Below, piece after piece: positions 8,330 to 17,288 of a DNA stretch of 64,000 nt. The stretch's first letter is position 1, and the number at the start of each line of letters is the position of its first letter. The notes beneath the pieces are model-generated. The model saw only the letters and a program-made list of their open reading frames with translations, was not told where the DNA came from and ran no database searches. The stretch is from assembly GCA_964493895.1 (NCBI GenBank), contig CAZBPY010000003.1:15176-79175 (forward strand), given 5' to 3'. The DNA is from an uncultured Candidatus Saccharibacteria bacterium (lineage in GTDB: Bacteria > Patescibacteriota > Saccharimonadia > Saccharimonadales > JAGQNJ01). The position numbers and the translations under genes were made by a program.

Positions 8330-8806
8330 TTAAGACTTTTTGTCTTCTTTGGGAGCGCCTTCGGCAGCAGGCTTGTCGGTGGCCTCAGCTGATTCTGGTT
8401 CAGCTTTTGCGCCTTCGGCATCGGTAGACTGTTCAACATCTTCAGCGGGTGGTTCATCGGTGGCCGCCGGTGTCTCAGGCTCGGCCGGCTCGTCAGGGCG
8501 ATTCTTGCGCAACTTCTCGGGGTTGCGGATTTTACGCTTTAGAGGCTCGCTTAACTGAACCCAGGCGGGCAGCTTAACCCCTTCTTTCTTGAATAATCGG
8601 GCCACTCGATCGGATGGTTGAGCACCATTTTTAAGATAAAAATCGGCCTTCTCGCTGTCGATCGTTAAAACTTTGGTGTGCGGATCAAAATTTCCCAAAC
8701 GGTAAACAATCCGACCGCTGGTCGGCGTCAGACGGGATTCTTGGACCACCACACGGTATTGAGCATGGCCTTTGCGGCCAGTTCGTTGCAAACGGATAGC
8801 TAACAT
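8330..8806 (-). CDS. rpsP: 30S ribosomal protein S16 with a C-terminal low-complexity extension
   Basis: MLAIRLQRTGRKGHAQYRVVV N-terminus typical of bS16. Confidence 0.85.
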   Translation of the reverse strand: MLAIRLQRTGRKGHAQYRVVVQESRLTPTSGRIVYRLGNFDPHTKVLTIDSEKADFYLKNGAQPSDRVARLFKKEGVKLPAWVQLSEPLKRKIRNPEKLRKNRPDEPAEPETPAATDEPPAEDVEQSTDAEGAKAEPESAEATDKPAAEGAPKEDKKS

Positions 8807-8854
8807 ACTCGGACTATTCTACAGATAAGCGCCTCTGATGTCAACAGGGGTTAT

Positions 8855-9547
8855 TTATTGATATTTTTTCAAGGCTTCGGTGGCGGCTTCTTGCTGACCT
8901 ATTTGCTTGGACGGCCCTTGTCCGCTTCCCATTAGTTTGTCATTGATATAAACGCCAACTGTGAATAATTTGTCGTGGTCCGGACCCTCTTCCTCAATAA
9001 CTTTATAGACTGGTGTAGCGCTATCAATCGCTTGAGCCTTTTCCTGAAGATGCGACTTAGCATCCATCCAGGAACCAGATTCCAATATGCCATCGAATGT
9101 CGGCAGCAAACTCTTAGCAATAAAGTCGCGGGCGGCTTCATAGCCCTGATCCAGGTACAGCGCCCCAACCACAGCTTCGTAAGTATTAGCCAAAATTTGG
9201 GCCCGGGCCCGCTCGGAGCCGCGCTTTTCACCGCGGCTTAACCGCAACAAAGGTTCAAATTCTGATCGTCTGGCTGCCTCAGAAATGCTCTCGGTACGCA
9301 CTAAACTGCTGCGCCAGTTAGTTAATATTCCTTCCGGTTCAGAATAGTTGGAATACAGAAACTCAGTTACGACTAGCTCTAAAACGGCGTCGCCCAGAAA
9401 CTCCAGTCGCTCGTTGTGTTCGGTGACAGACTTACGGTGCTCATTAACATAACTGCGATGCGTAAAAGCCAGTAACAACAGTGCTGGATCTTTAAAGGTC
9501 GTACCTAATTGTTTCTTGGCAAACTCAACGTATGGTGCTATGTCCAT
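8855..9547 (-). CDS. rnc: Ribonuclease III
   Basis: ERLEFLGDAVLEL RNase III signature plus C-terminal dsRBD. Confidence 0.9.
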   Translation of the reverse strand: MDIAPYVEFAKKQLGTTFKDPALLLLAFTHRSYVNEHRKSVTEHNERLEFLGDAVLELVVTEFLYSNYSEPEGILTNWRSSLVRTESISEAARRSEFEPLLRLSRGEKRGSERARAQILANTYEAVVGALYLDQGYEAARDFIAKSLLPTFDGILESGSWMDAKSHLQEKAQAIDSATPVYKVIEEEGPDHDKLFTVGVYINDKLMGSGQGPSKQIGQQEAATEALKKYQ

Positions 9548-10060
9548 CTATTTCTTAAGCCCTATTTTCTTCTGTCTAATTTTCTTGAGTCCCAGCAAAA
9601 TAATCTTGCCAATATCATCATACTCTATTTTATCAAGCGCTTCTCTAGCTGGGAACCATTTTATATCATTCATCCAGTCTTCTTTGACTAGTTTCTGGTC
9701 AGCCGGATCAGCGTGAACCAGATAAATGTCCTGGGTGATCAACACTAAGCTGTTTTGCCGGCGATACTGGAAATTGATTTTCCCCAGCCAATCGTACATG
9801 GTGACCTTTTTCAGGCCGGTTTCTTCTTTAACTTCGCGTTCGGCGGTCTGTTTGGGTGTTTCTCCTTCTTCCATGTGACCTTTGGGAATTGTCCAGCGGT
9901 CACGAGCATCCTGAATTAGCAAGATGTCTATCTCGTCAGTACCCGGCCGGCGTCGAAAAATGACACCACCGGCGGTTGGTTCACGCAGGACCTCTTTGAT
10001 AGCCGGGCTGCGGCGCTGAGCAAACTTGCGAAACCGGTCAATTGGCTTTGGTCTTTTCAT
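9548..10060 (-). CDS. NUDIX hydrolase
   Basis: Perfect Nudix box [23 protein letters not shown]. Confidence 0.8.
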   Translation of the reverse strand: MKRPKPIDRFRKFAQRRSPAIKEVLREPTAGGVIFRRRPGTDEIDILLIQDARDRWTIPKGHMEEGETPKQTAEREVKEETGLKKVTMYDWLGKINFQYRRQNSLVLITQDIYLVHADPADQKLVKEDWMNDIKWFPAREALDKIEYDDIGKIILLGLKKIRQKKIGLKK

Positions 10061-10490
10061 TCTTTTCCTTCTGTTGTCTGAGCAGTGACCCTAACACTCC
10101 ATTGATGAATTTTGAAGAGTTATCGCCGCCAAAGGCTTTGGCCAGCTCCACCGCTTCATTGATCACCACCTTGTCAGGAGTGTCCGTCTCGTAAAGAAGC
10201 TCGTAAGCTCCTATTCGAAGAACCAGGCGGTCCATCCGGGCAATCTGGTCCAGAGGCCACTCCGGCGCCAACGGCTGTAACACCTTATCAATATCAGATA
10301 CATGGGAATCCACACCTTTGACTAGCTGACGGACAAAAGCGGTGTCTTTCAGGGTCTTGTGATAGCGCTGGATATTTTTCTTGGTCACCTGGTCAAGATC
10401 AAAAGCCTTATCACCACTTGTGGTTCGAAACTCTTGCTCGAACAAGGTTTGCAGTGCGACGATGCGACCAAGATGCCTGTTTGCGCTCAT
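10038..10490 (-). CDS. nusB: Transcription antitermination factor NusB
   Basis: NusB fold motifs ([23 protein letters not shown]). Confidence 0.8.
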   Translation of the reverse strand: MSANRHLGRIVALQTLFEQEFRTTSGDKAFDLDQVTKKNIQRYHKTLKDTAFVRQLVKGVDSHVSDIDKVLQPLAPEWPLDQIARMDRLVLRIGAYELLYETDTPDKVVINEAVELAKAFGGDNSSKFINGVLGSLLRQQKEKNEKTKAN

Positions 10491-10572
10491 TGTTAAATTC
10501 CTATCTACCTGATATCCGGGTAATTTGGGAAGTTATTACTAGTATAGCAGGCTTCACCAAGCCCGGCGTGGC

Positions 10573-10743
10573 TTATTTTACAGACTTGGCAGCCTTCTGG
10601 CTGGCCTTCTTACCTGACTCCCGACGAGTTGTATAAGCCTTGACTGGTGATTGAGCATTCACCGCCCGAGCCAGCTTGACCACCAGGTGACTGCGGCGAG
10701 CCCCTGTTCGGCGCGGAGTGGTTCGTTTCTTGGGCTGTCCCAT
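10573..10743 (-). CDS. rpmF: 50S ribosomal protein L32 (56 aa; absent from the ORF track because it is under 60 aa)
   Basis: Translation MGQPKKRTTPRRTGARRSHLVVK... matches the bL32 N-terminal pattern (PKKRTS..RR..RRSH). Confidence 0.7.
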   Translation of the reverse strand: MGQPKKRTTPRRTGARRSHLVVKLARAVNAQSPVKAYTTRRESGKKASQKAAKSVK

Positions 10744-10818
10744 AAAAAATAATCCCTTTCCTTAAATTTCTAAATCCTTGAAACCTAGTCTACCACTAAA
10801 TCACCCCTGTTTCAAGAG

Positions 10819-13728
10819 CTAGCCAACTACGATGTTGAGAATCTTGTCCGGCACGTAAATGACCTTTTTAATGTCTTTGCCGGCAAGGTGCTTACTGACT
10901 TTTTTGTCATTTTTAGCCGCCTCTTCGGCAACCGCCTGATCGCTGCCAGCCGGAAGTTCCAATTGAGCCCGGACTTTACCGTTAATTTGCACCACCACTG
11001 TCACCACGTCGCTAACAAGATATTTCTCGTCCCACTTGGGCCAGTGGCCAACATGAACTGAATCCTCATGGCCTAGCTGGTGCCACAACTCTTCGGCAAT
11101 AAACGGGGCAAACGGAGCCGCGCACATAACGGTTTTTTCCAGACAATCGCGCCAGACTTTGGACTTAGCAATTCCAGCCTCGCCCTTCAGTTTGTAAAAG
11201 TCATTAACCACTGTCATCAGAGCCGAAATTGCCGTGTTATAGCGTTGTTCGTTAATGTCGTCAGTGACCTTATGAATCATTTTGTTTGTAGCTACCAGAA
11301 GCTGCTTCTCTAGGTCTCGGTCAACTTCTTTCTCGAGGGCATCATTAAATTCTTGGACAAGATTCCACAACCGCGACAGAAATCGGAATGTACCCGGCAC
11401 ACCCTGGGGGTCCCAATTGGTACCCAGCTCTAATGGTGCAGCAAACATCAGGTAGGTGCGTAAAGCGTCAGCCCCATACCCTTGATCGATGATCTCTAGC
11501 GGATCAGCCCCGATACCCTTTGATTTGGAAAATGCGCTGCCATCACTAGCTGTAACTTTGCCATTAAACAGGAATTTCTTGAAGGGCTCGGGATCATTAA
11601 TCAAGCCTCGCTTATGGAAAAAACGGGTTACAAACCGAGCATACAACATATGGGCCGTGGCGTGATCAGCTCCATTATAGAAATCCAGGGGCATCCATTT
11701 GTTGACGCGTTTAATGTCGAAGGCTTGTTTGTCATTGTGCGGATCAAAGTAACGCAGCATGTACCAGCTACTGCAAATATAGGTATCTAGGGTATCGGTT
11801 TCTCGTTCAGCCGGGCCGCCGCATTTTGGACATTTAACTTTCAGCCAGTCCTTAGCCCTTGCCAAGGCGCTGCGTCCATCACCGCTCGGCTTGAAATCAG
11901 TCAATTCAGGCAATATAACTGGCAGGTCTTCATCAGGCACCAACACCGGTCCGTCTTTCGGGCAGTTGATAATTGGGATAGGTGCCCCCCAGTATCTTTG
12001 GCGAGATACGCTCCAGTCACGCATCCGATAGTTAGTTACCGATTTAGCTACGCCCTTTAGTTCCAAATCAGACACAATTTTTTCTCTCGCCTCGGAGGCT
12101 TCCATACCGTCATACTCACCAGAATTTATTAATTCACCCTCTCCTTCAATCGATGTGGTTTCTTGTAGCAAGCTCCAGATCATCTTCTGATTGCTTGGCG
12201 TCAAACGATTCATCACCTCAGATTCATCGACCCACACTAAAGAATGTAACTTCTGTTCCCCTTCGTCAATTTTTTCTTGTTGGTCTAAGTTCTCGACAGT
12301 CGCTAATAACCCGTGGCTAATGCTTTTTCGATTCTGATTTTTATGTGAAGCATTGTAGCGAGCGCTAGTAACCCAAGGAGATTGCTTGATAATTTTGACA
12401 TGTTTAAGGCCGGCTTCTTCTTCAATTTCCATGCGTGCCGCATCCTCAGGCGTTTGGCCCTCCTCGATACCTCCCATGATGGCTGTGGTTATTCCTTCCA
12501 GTGTTCCATGCCAATCTAAAATTGCATACTTCCCAGTTGACTCATCACGCAGATGAACAACAACTGTCTGTCTTTCAACCTCTTCTAGACCTGGGGCTGG
12601 TGGATTTGAAGCATCAGGCGCACTTGGCATGACAACTTGTCGCATTGGCAGATCATATTTCTGAGCGAATTCGAAGTCGCGTTCGTCGTGGGCCGGGACG
12701 GCCATAATTGCGCCAGTTCCGTAACTGAGCAAGACATAATCAGCAATCCAGATAGGAATTTTTTCCTGATTGGCCGGATTGATAGCGTAGGCGCCGGTGA
12801 ACACGCCGGTCTTTTCTTTGGCTGCTTGCCTCTCCACTTCGGTTTTCTTAGCCGTGGACTTGATGTAGTCGTCAACTTCTTTTCTGCGCTCATCCGTTGT
12901 AATCTTGGCAACGATGTCGTGTTCGGGGGCGACAACCATAAAGGTAGCTCCAAACAGGGTGTCCGGCCGGGTGGTAAAGACGGTCAAGATCTCGTCGTGG
13001 CCATCGATCTTAAAGTCAATTTCGGCACCCTGGCTACGTCCAATCCAATTCTTCTGAGCCAGCTTGACGCTTTCTGTCCAATCCAGATCGTCAATAGCCT
13101 CTAGCAGCTCGTCGGCGTAATCCGTGATTTTGAAAAACCACTGCTTGACCTCTTTCTTCTCGACCAGCGGATCATCCGGCCCATCATGCCGCCAACATTT
13201 GCCGTCAATAACCTGCTCATTAGCCAACACCGTCTGGCACTTGGTACACCACCACTGCATCCGAGCATCCTGATAAGCCAGCCCGGCTCGATACATTTCA
13301 GAAAAGATCCATTGTGTCCATTTGTAGTAATCCGGTTGGTGGGTAGCAATTTCTTTGGACCAGTCATTGCTCCAGCCCATGGCCTTATACTGTTTGTGAT
13401 AATTCGGAATAATCTGAGCCATTGATTCTTGCGGCGAAATCCCAGCTTTGATGGCGTAATTCTCAGCCGGCAGACCAAAGCTATCCCAGCCCACCGGGTG
13501 ATAACTTTCATAACCCTGCTGCCTCTTGAACCGAGCCAGTACGTCGCTGATGGTGTAGTTCATGGCGTGGCCGATATGAATGCCAGCCCCGCTGGGGTAA
13601 TTGAACATGCTCATAGCAATAAACTTCGGCCTATCCGAATCTAGATCAGCCTTATAAGTTTGATGTTCATCCCAGTATTTCTGCCACTTCGGTTCAATGG
13701 CTTTTGGATCATAGCGTTTCATCGCCAT
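10819..13728 (-). CDS. leuS: Leucine--tRNA ligase carrying a Nudix-like domain insertion of about 150 aa; the true start is probably the second ATG at 13722
   Basis: HIGH motif (HIGHAMNYT), FGLPAEN, the editing-domain end motif AVPAHDERDFEFA, RDWSVSRQRYWG and FSKSKG (KMSKS) are all present. Residues about 369-530 are an extra domain not present in E. coli LeuRS. Confidence 0.9.
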   Translation of the reverse strand: MAMKRYDPKAIEPKWQKYWDEHQTYKADLDSDRPKFIAMSMFNYPSGAGIHIGHAMNYTISDVLARFKRQQGYESYHPVGWDSFGLPAENYAIKAGISPQESMAQIIPNYHKQYKAMGWSNDWSKEIATHQPDYYKWTQWIFSEMYRAGLAYQDARMQWWCTKCQTVLANEQVIDGKCWRHDGPDDPLVEKKEVKQWFFKITDYADELLEAIDDLDWTESVKLAQKNWIGRSQGAEIDFKIDGHDEILTVFTTRPDTLFGATFMVVAPEHDIVAKITTDERRKEVDDYIKSTAKKTEVERQAAKEKTGVFTGAYAINPANQEKIPIWIADYVLLSYGTGAIMAVPAHDERDFEFAQKYDLPMRQVVMPSAPDASNPPAPGLEEVERQTVVVHLRDESTGKYAILDWHGTLEGITTAIMGGIEEGQTPEDAARMEIEEEAGLKHVKIIKQSPWVTSARYNASHKNQNRKSISHGLLATVENLDQQEKIDEGEQKLHSLVWVDESEVMNRLTPSNQKMIWSLLQETTSIEGEGELINSGEYDGMEASEAREKIVSDLELKGVAKSVTNYRMRDWSVSRQRYWGAPIPIINCPKDGPVLVPDEDLPVILPELTDFKPSGDGRSALARAKDWLKVKCPKCGGPAERETDTLDTYICSSWYMLRYFDPHNDKQAFDIKRVNKWMPLDFYNGADHATAHMLYARFVTRFFHKRGLINDPEPFKKFLFNGKVTASDGSAFSKSKGIGADPLEIIDQGYGADALRTYLMFAAPLELGTNWDPQGVPGTFRFLSRLWNLVQEFNDALEKEVDRDLEKQLLVATNKMIHKVTDDINEQRYNTAISALMTVVNDFYKLKGEAGIAKSKVWRDCLEKTVMCAAPFAPFIAEELWHQLGHEDSVHVGHWPKWDEKYLVSDVVTVVVQINGKVRAQLELPAGSDQAVAEEAAKNDKKVSKHLAGKDIKKVIYVPDKILNIVVG

Positions 13729-13730
13729 CT

Positions 13731-13739
13731 ATTATAACA
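13731..13739 (-). promoter_or_regulatory. Extended -10 TGTTATAAT, 8 nt upstream of the second leuS ATG (leaderless-type arrangement)
   Basis: acctctgTTATAATag ATG gcg ATG. The same 15-mer recurs upstream of alaS. Confidence 0.45.
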
Positions 13740-13763
13740 GAGGTGGCCCAGGAGTAAACCCCA

Positions 13764-14513
13764 TCAAACTTTGGGAAAAATATGCAAAGCCTGACCGGTC
13801 ATGCGTTCAGCAAACTGCTTAGCCGGCTGTGAGTAGTACAAAGGTGTTCCAGGGTCACGGGCCGTTTGGATGTCTTGTTGGACTGCGGCATCACCTTCAT
13901 ACCTGAACATTGCATGGGTGTCAGTATCAATGTATTCAACTCGGTCAGTTTCATCATCAATATCAAACACCAAAACACTATGGGTATTAAGGCCAGCTCG
14001 TCCATCGACAATCGAAGGGATAAAAATGCTAACTGCCGATAATCCGTGCTGTCTAGTGGTGTATTTCAGCGCCTCGATCCATCGATTCTTATCCTTGCCG
14101 CCAAATTCGCCTAGCTGAAGTAAAATGTTTCTCTCGTTATCGGTTGTGACTCGTCGAGAATTGGTGCTCTGCTGAAGATCCGTAGAGTTTATATCGTATT
14201 GCAAATTCTGTGAAACTACGGGATGGCCAGCAAAGCGCAGTGTATCGGCTAAGGATGTTGCGACCCAACCAAGCCCTTCGGCATAGTATCCCTTTTCTTC
14301 ATGACCAGGACCGAAGGTATCGAGAAAACCTACAAGACCATCAAGACTTACATCGGCAGATTCATCAAGCATCAATCGGGCTACAGATACGCATTGCAGC
14401 AAACAAGCTCTGCCAAGCCTAAACTCGCGTTCTTTATCAATAATTTCGCCCATCAGCAGTTGCTGGGGGACTCTGAGTAGGTCATGATGTGTTGGATGGT
14501 GCATGTCTGCCAA
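13764..14513 (-). CDS. Hypothetical protein, possibly a papain-like (C39-like) cysteine peptidase fold
   Basis: Cys in GRACLLQCVSVARLML and downstream His/Asp-rich segments (HSVLVFDIDDETDRVEYIDTD) resemble C39-like domain spacing. Weak. Confidence 0.4.
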   Translation of the reverse strand: MADMHHPTHHDLLRVPQQLLMGEIIDKEREFRLGRACLLQCVSVARLMLDESADVSLDGLVGFLDTFGPGHEEKGYYAEGLGWVATSLADTLRFAGHPVVSQNLQYDINSTDLQQSTNSRRVTTDNERNILLQLGEFGGKDKNRWIEALKYTTRQHGLSAVSIFIPSIVDGRAGLNTHSVLVFDIDDETDRVEYIDTDTHAMFRYEGDAAVQQDIQTARDPGTPLYYSQPAKQFAERMTGQALHIFPKV

Positions 14514-15782
14514 CTACCTTGAGAAGTTTTGTTTCTTTTTAGCTAGCCAATCTGGGCTTTGACGAACAAGCAGTTTGACATCCTCTGGATCAGCCAGGAG
14601 CGGTTTGATGGCTTCTTCAGCGTAAACATTGTTTTGCGAGCCTTTGATCAACACCACCGCCCCGGTTTTTAAGTGTCTTTTTATAACTTCGCCGGCATCG
14701 TGCGGGTTTTCAGCCTTGATAACTTGACAGCCCTTAGCTTGAGCTGCCGCCGCTGTAAATTTATTGGCATCCGGACCCAGTGTGACCACTAAATCAAGCT
14801 GCTTAGGCTCGCAGTAATCACCGATATTTTTATGAGCTTGCTGAGACATATCGCCGAGTTCATTCATATTACCCAGCAAAGCAATTTTTTGTGGTGCCTT
14901 CATCTGATACAAACTATCTAGGGCTGACATGACTGCTGTCGGGCTGGCATTATAGCTCTCGTCAATAATCAGCGAATCCTTGATGCCTTTTAGGCGTTGC
15001 ATTCGGCCACTGACCGGTTGGATTTTGGCTATACCGTCGGTAATCGTTTGCTTGTTAAGCCCCAGTAGGTCAGCTACAGCGCTGGCGGCGGCCGCAGAGT
15101 ACAATTCACTTTTGGCAACGGCTTCCATAACAGCCGAGATCCACGGTTTACCAGACTTTTCGATGTCGAACCGGGCCGAGGCCACCGCAAACTGCGGCCG
15201 CCGCAGCCGATAATTACCGGCCGACTCACCATAGAAAATAGCCTTTAGATTCTTTGGTAGGTATTTCTTATCACACAAGTCTTGGTTGACAATCACTTGC
15301 TTGGAAAAATCGGCTACCGCAAATTCTTCTTCAGCCACTGCTGACATGGTCTGGAAAAATTCCATGTGTTCGGGAGTTATGGCCGTCACCACAGCCATGT
15401 CCAACTTTAAATACTTTTTAAATTGAGTGATCTGCCCGGGCCCATCAGTACCCAGTTCAACCACCACCACGTCGAAAGGATAGCGGCCTAATAGCTGAAG
15501 CTCAATTCTTAGAAAAACCCACAGCCAAGCCAACGGATTGAGTAGTGATGGCATATTAAGGCCAAAAAACACTAGCGGCACACTGACCGGGTCATTGTAG
15601 TTGCCGGCCTGAAATCGAACCCGCTGCGCCTGTCCTAAAACTGTAGCTATAGCAAACTTGGTGCTGGTCTTGCCGATGCTGCCAACGACGCCAACAATCT
15701 TGAACGAACGCTTGGCCCGCAATCGGCGAACCTGCCACCCCAAGATACTTACGACAAAGCGACGGGCCAGATTTTTCATCAC
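14514..15782 (-). CDS. murF: UDP-N-acetylmuramoyl-tripeptide--D-alanyl-D-alanine ligase (Mur ligase family, MurF-like)
   Basis: VVGSIGKTSTK P-loop and IDESYNASP motif of Mur ligases. Confidence 0.75.
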   Translation of the reverse strand: MMKNLARRFVVSILGWQVRRLRAKRSFKIVGVVGSIGKTSTKFAIATVLGQAQRVRFQAGNYNDPVSVPLVFFGLNMPSLLNPLAWLWVFLRIELQLLGRYPFDVVVVELGTDGPGQITQFKKYLKLDMAVVTAITPEHMEFFQTMSAVAEEEFAVADFSKQVIVNQDLCDKKYLPKNLKAIFYGESAGNYRLRRPQFAVASARFDIEKSGKPWISAVMEAVAKSELYSAAAASAVADLLGLNKQTITDGIAKIQPVSGRMQRLKGIKDSLIIDESYNASPTAVMSALDSLYQMKAPQKIALLGNMNELGDMSQQAHKNIGDYCEPKQLDLVVTLGPDANKFTAAAAQAKGCQVIKAENPHDAGEVIKRHLKTGAVVLIKGSQNNVYAEEAIKPLLADPEDVKLLVRQSPDWLAKKKQNFSR

Positions 15783-15787
15783 AACTC

Positions 15788-16705
15788 CTAGTTTCCCGTC
15801 GGCGTAAAGATTTTCTGGATCTGTAGTTCAAGCTGTTCACGCATTAGGTTGGTGTCCGGAACTTCAACCGGCACCTGTGCTCCATAGCCGAAATACTTCT
15901 CTGTTCTGGCAGAGCCACCAAAAGTTATCTCAAGAACCTGTCGACTATTAATGCCGCTAACGATGGTTAGCTGGGCAGGATCAAGTCCAGCGTATTGGTC
16001 AGGATCAACAGCACTCATTTGCTTTAGCCCCATCCACTCGTCAATTTTTTTCAGTGCTTCGATGTAGCTTTTCAGATTAACATTCACTTTATATTCATAA
16101 GCCTGCTTGCCAGCCCGCTCAACGACTTTGGCGCCGCGGTAATCAACATCATAAACTTTGTTGTCCTTCATAAACTGCAGTAATTCTTGCTGTTGAGCCG
16201 AAGTCAGATTAGCAAATGGCACCGATGAAAAAACTGTTTCAGCAAAGACACTTTGATTTTGTCCAAAACCTTGAACTAGATTCTCCCGGCTCCAGACATT
16301 TTGAATAGACGAAATATCTGGCCGATTAGCAGTCTGGATATCAGTATAACGAGCAAAGTTATTGTCCGGCGTCCCGATGATTTCAGTTAATACTTTTGTC
16401 TCACCGTTAGCCGATGGCTGAGTAATTGTTGTAATCCCCCGAGCCACATTATTCTGCCCCAGCGATAATTGAATAGTCTGATCAAGTTCAGTCTGACCGG
16501 TGGTCTGCTTGATCTGCCGGGTTACCCCTTGTGTCCGCAGACTAGTCGCTACACTATCCCAAAAAACCTTGTAGGGATTGCGGTGAATAAATGAGTACCA
16601 CATCCAAACCCCGCCTACTAAAATCAAAGTTCCAAGAATACACAGCCAAACTATCGCCAACTTCCGGCCATCCATAGGAACATCTTTAACGCGTGCCATT
16701 GACAC
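15788..16705 (-). CDS. Hypothetical membrane-anchored extracytoplasmic protein; the true start is probably the ATG at 16699
   Basis: Single N-terminal TM segment (LAIVWLCILGTLILVGGVWMWY). Co-directional and adjacent to murF. TGTTATAAT lies 8 nt upstream of the internal ATG. Confidence 0.55.
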   Translation of the reverse strand: MSMARVKDVPMDGRKLAIVWLCILGTLILVGGVWMWYSFIHRNPYKVFWDSVATSLRTQGVTRQIKQTTGQTELDQTIQLSLGQNNVARGITTITQPSANGETKVLTEIIGTPDNNFARYTDIQTANRPDISSIQNVWSRENLVQGFGQNQSVFAETVFSSVPFANLTSAQQQELLQFMKDNKVYDVDYRGAKVVERAGKQAYEYKVNVNLKSYIEALKKIDEWMGLKQMSAVDPDQYAGLDPAQLTIVSGINSRQVLEITFGGSARTEKYFGYGAQVPVEVPDTNLMREQLELQIQKIFTPTGN

Positions 16706-16781
16706 CTATTATAACACTGGCGAGCTGACTCAAACACCCCTGGAAATTTCATTCTCACTCCTGTAGAATAGGCAATGCTAA

Positions 16782-16858
16782 GGGGTATTAGCTCAGTTGG
16801 CTAGAGCGCTTCGCTGGCAGCGAAGAGGTCAGCGGTTCGAGTCCGCTATACTCCACCA
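16782..16858 (+). tRNA. tRNA-Ala (anticodon GGC)
   Basis: Cloverleaf with G3:U70, anticodon loop cuGGCag and encoded CCA. Confidence 0.85.
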
Positions 16859-16884
16859 TTTTGATCGATAATTTTTTGATAGCA

Positions 16885-16909
16885 AGCTATACACAGGTGT
16901 AGCTTTTTT
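16885..16909 (+). terminator. Hairpin plus T-run downstream of tRNA-Ala
   Basis: agctatacac-ag-gtgtagct followed by TTTTTT. Confidence 0.5.
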
Positions 16910-17288
16910 ACTTTTTCGTCTTCGTCTGGTGGACTCAATAAAATACCACCGAATTCGGTTAATTCTTGTTTGCAGAAATCACAGTGTGGTTTGATAGCCA
17001 TAATAAATTGCGAAAATCGTGCGCGCCCACCCGGCGACGGGTAATTTTATGTTTAGTGGTTTTTGTTTTACACGTCGCGTTTTTGCGCACGATCCTCCTG
17101 AATACAATTAAACGCTTATGTTTAGTATATGTCAACTTGCAGTCGATTATTTGCGGCTCAATCTATCAACGCTACCATAGTTGCCATAGTGGTAGTTGCA
17201 AAGTGATACACTTTTTGTGTATAGAGTGTATCAAAATATTTATCACTGATTTTAGACGTATAGCCGCCAAAACATCTATAGCGCCATG

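Noticed and set aside
12585-13511. Several 120-155-aa ORFs on both strands inside leuS
   Set aside because: Shadow ORFs within a confidently identified long gene.
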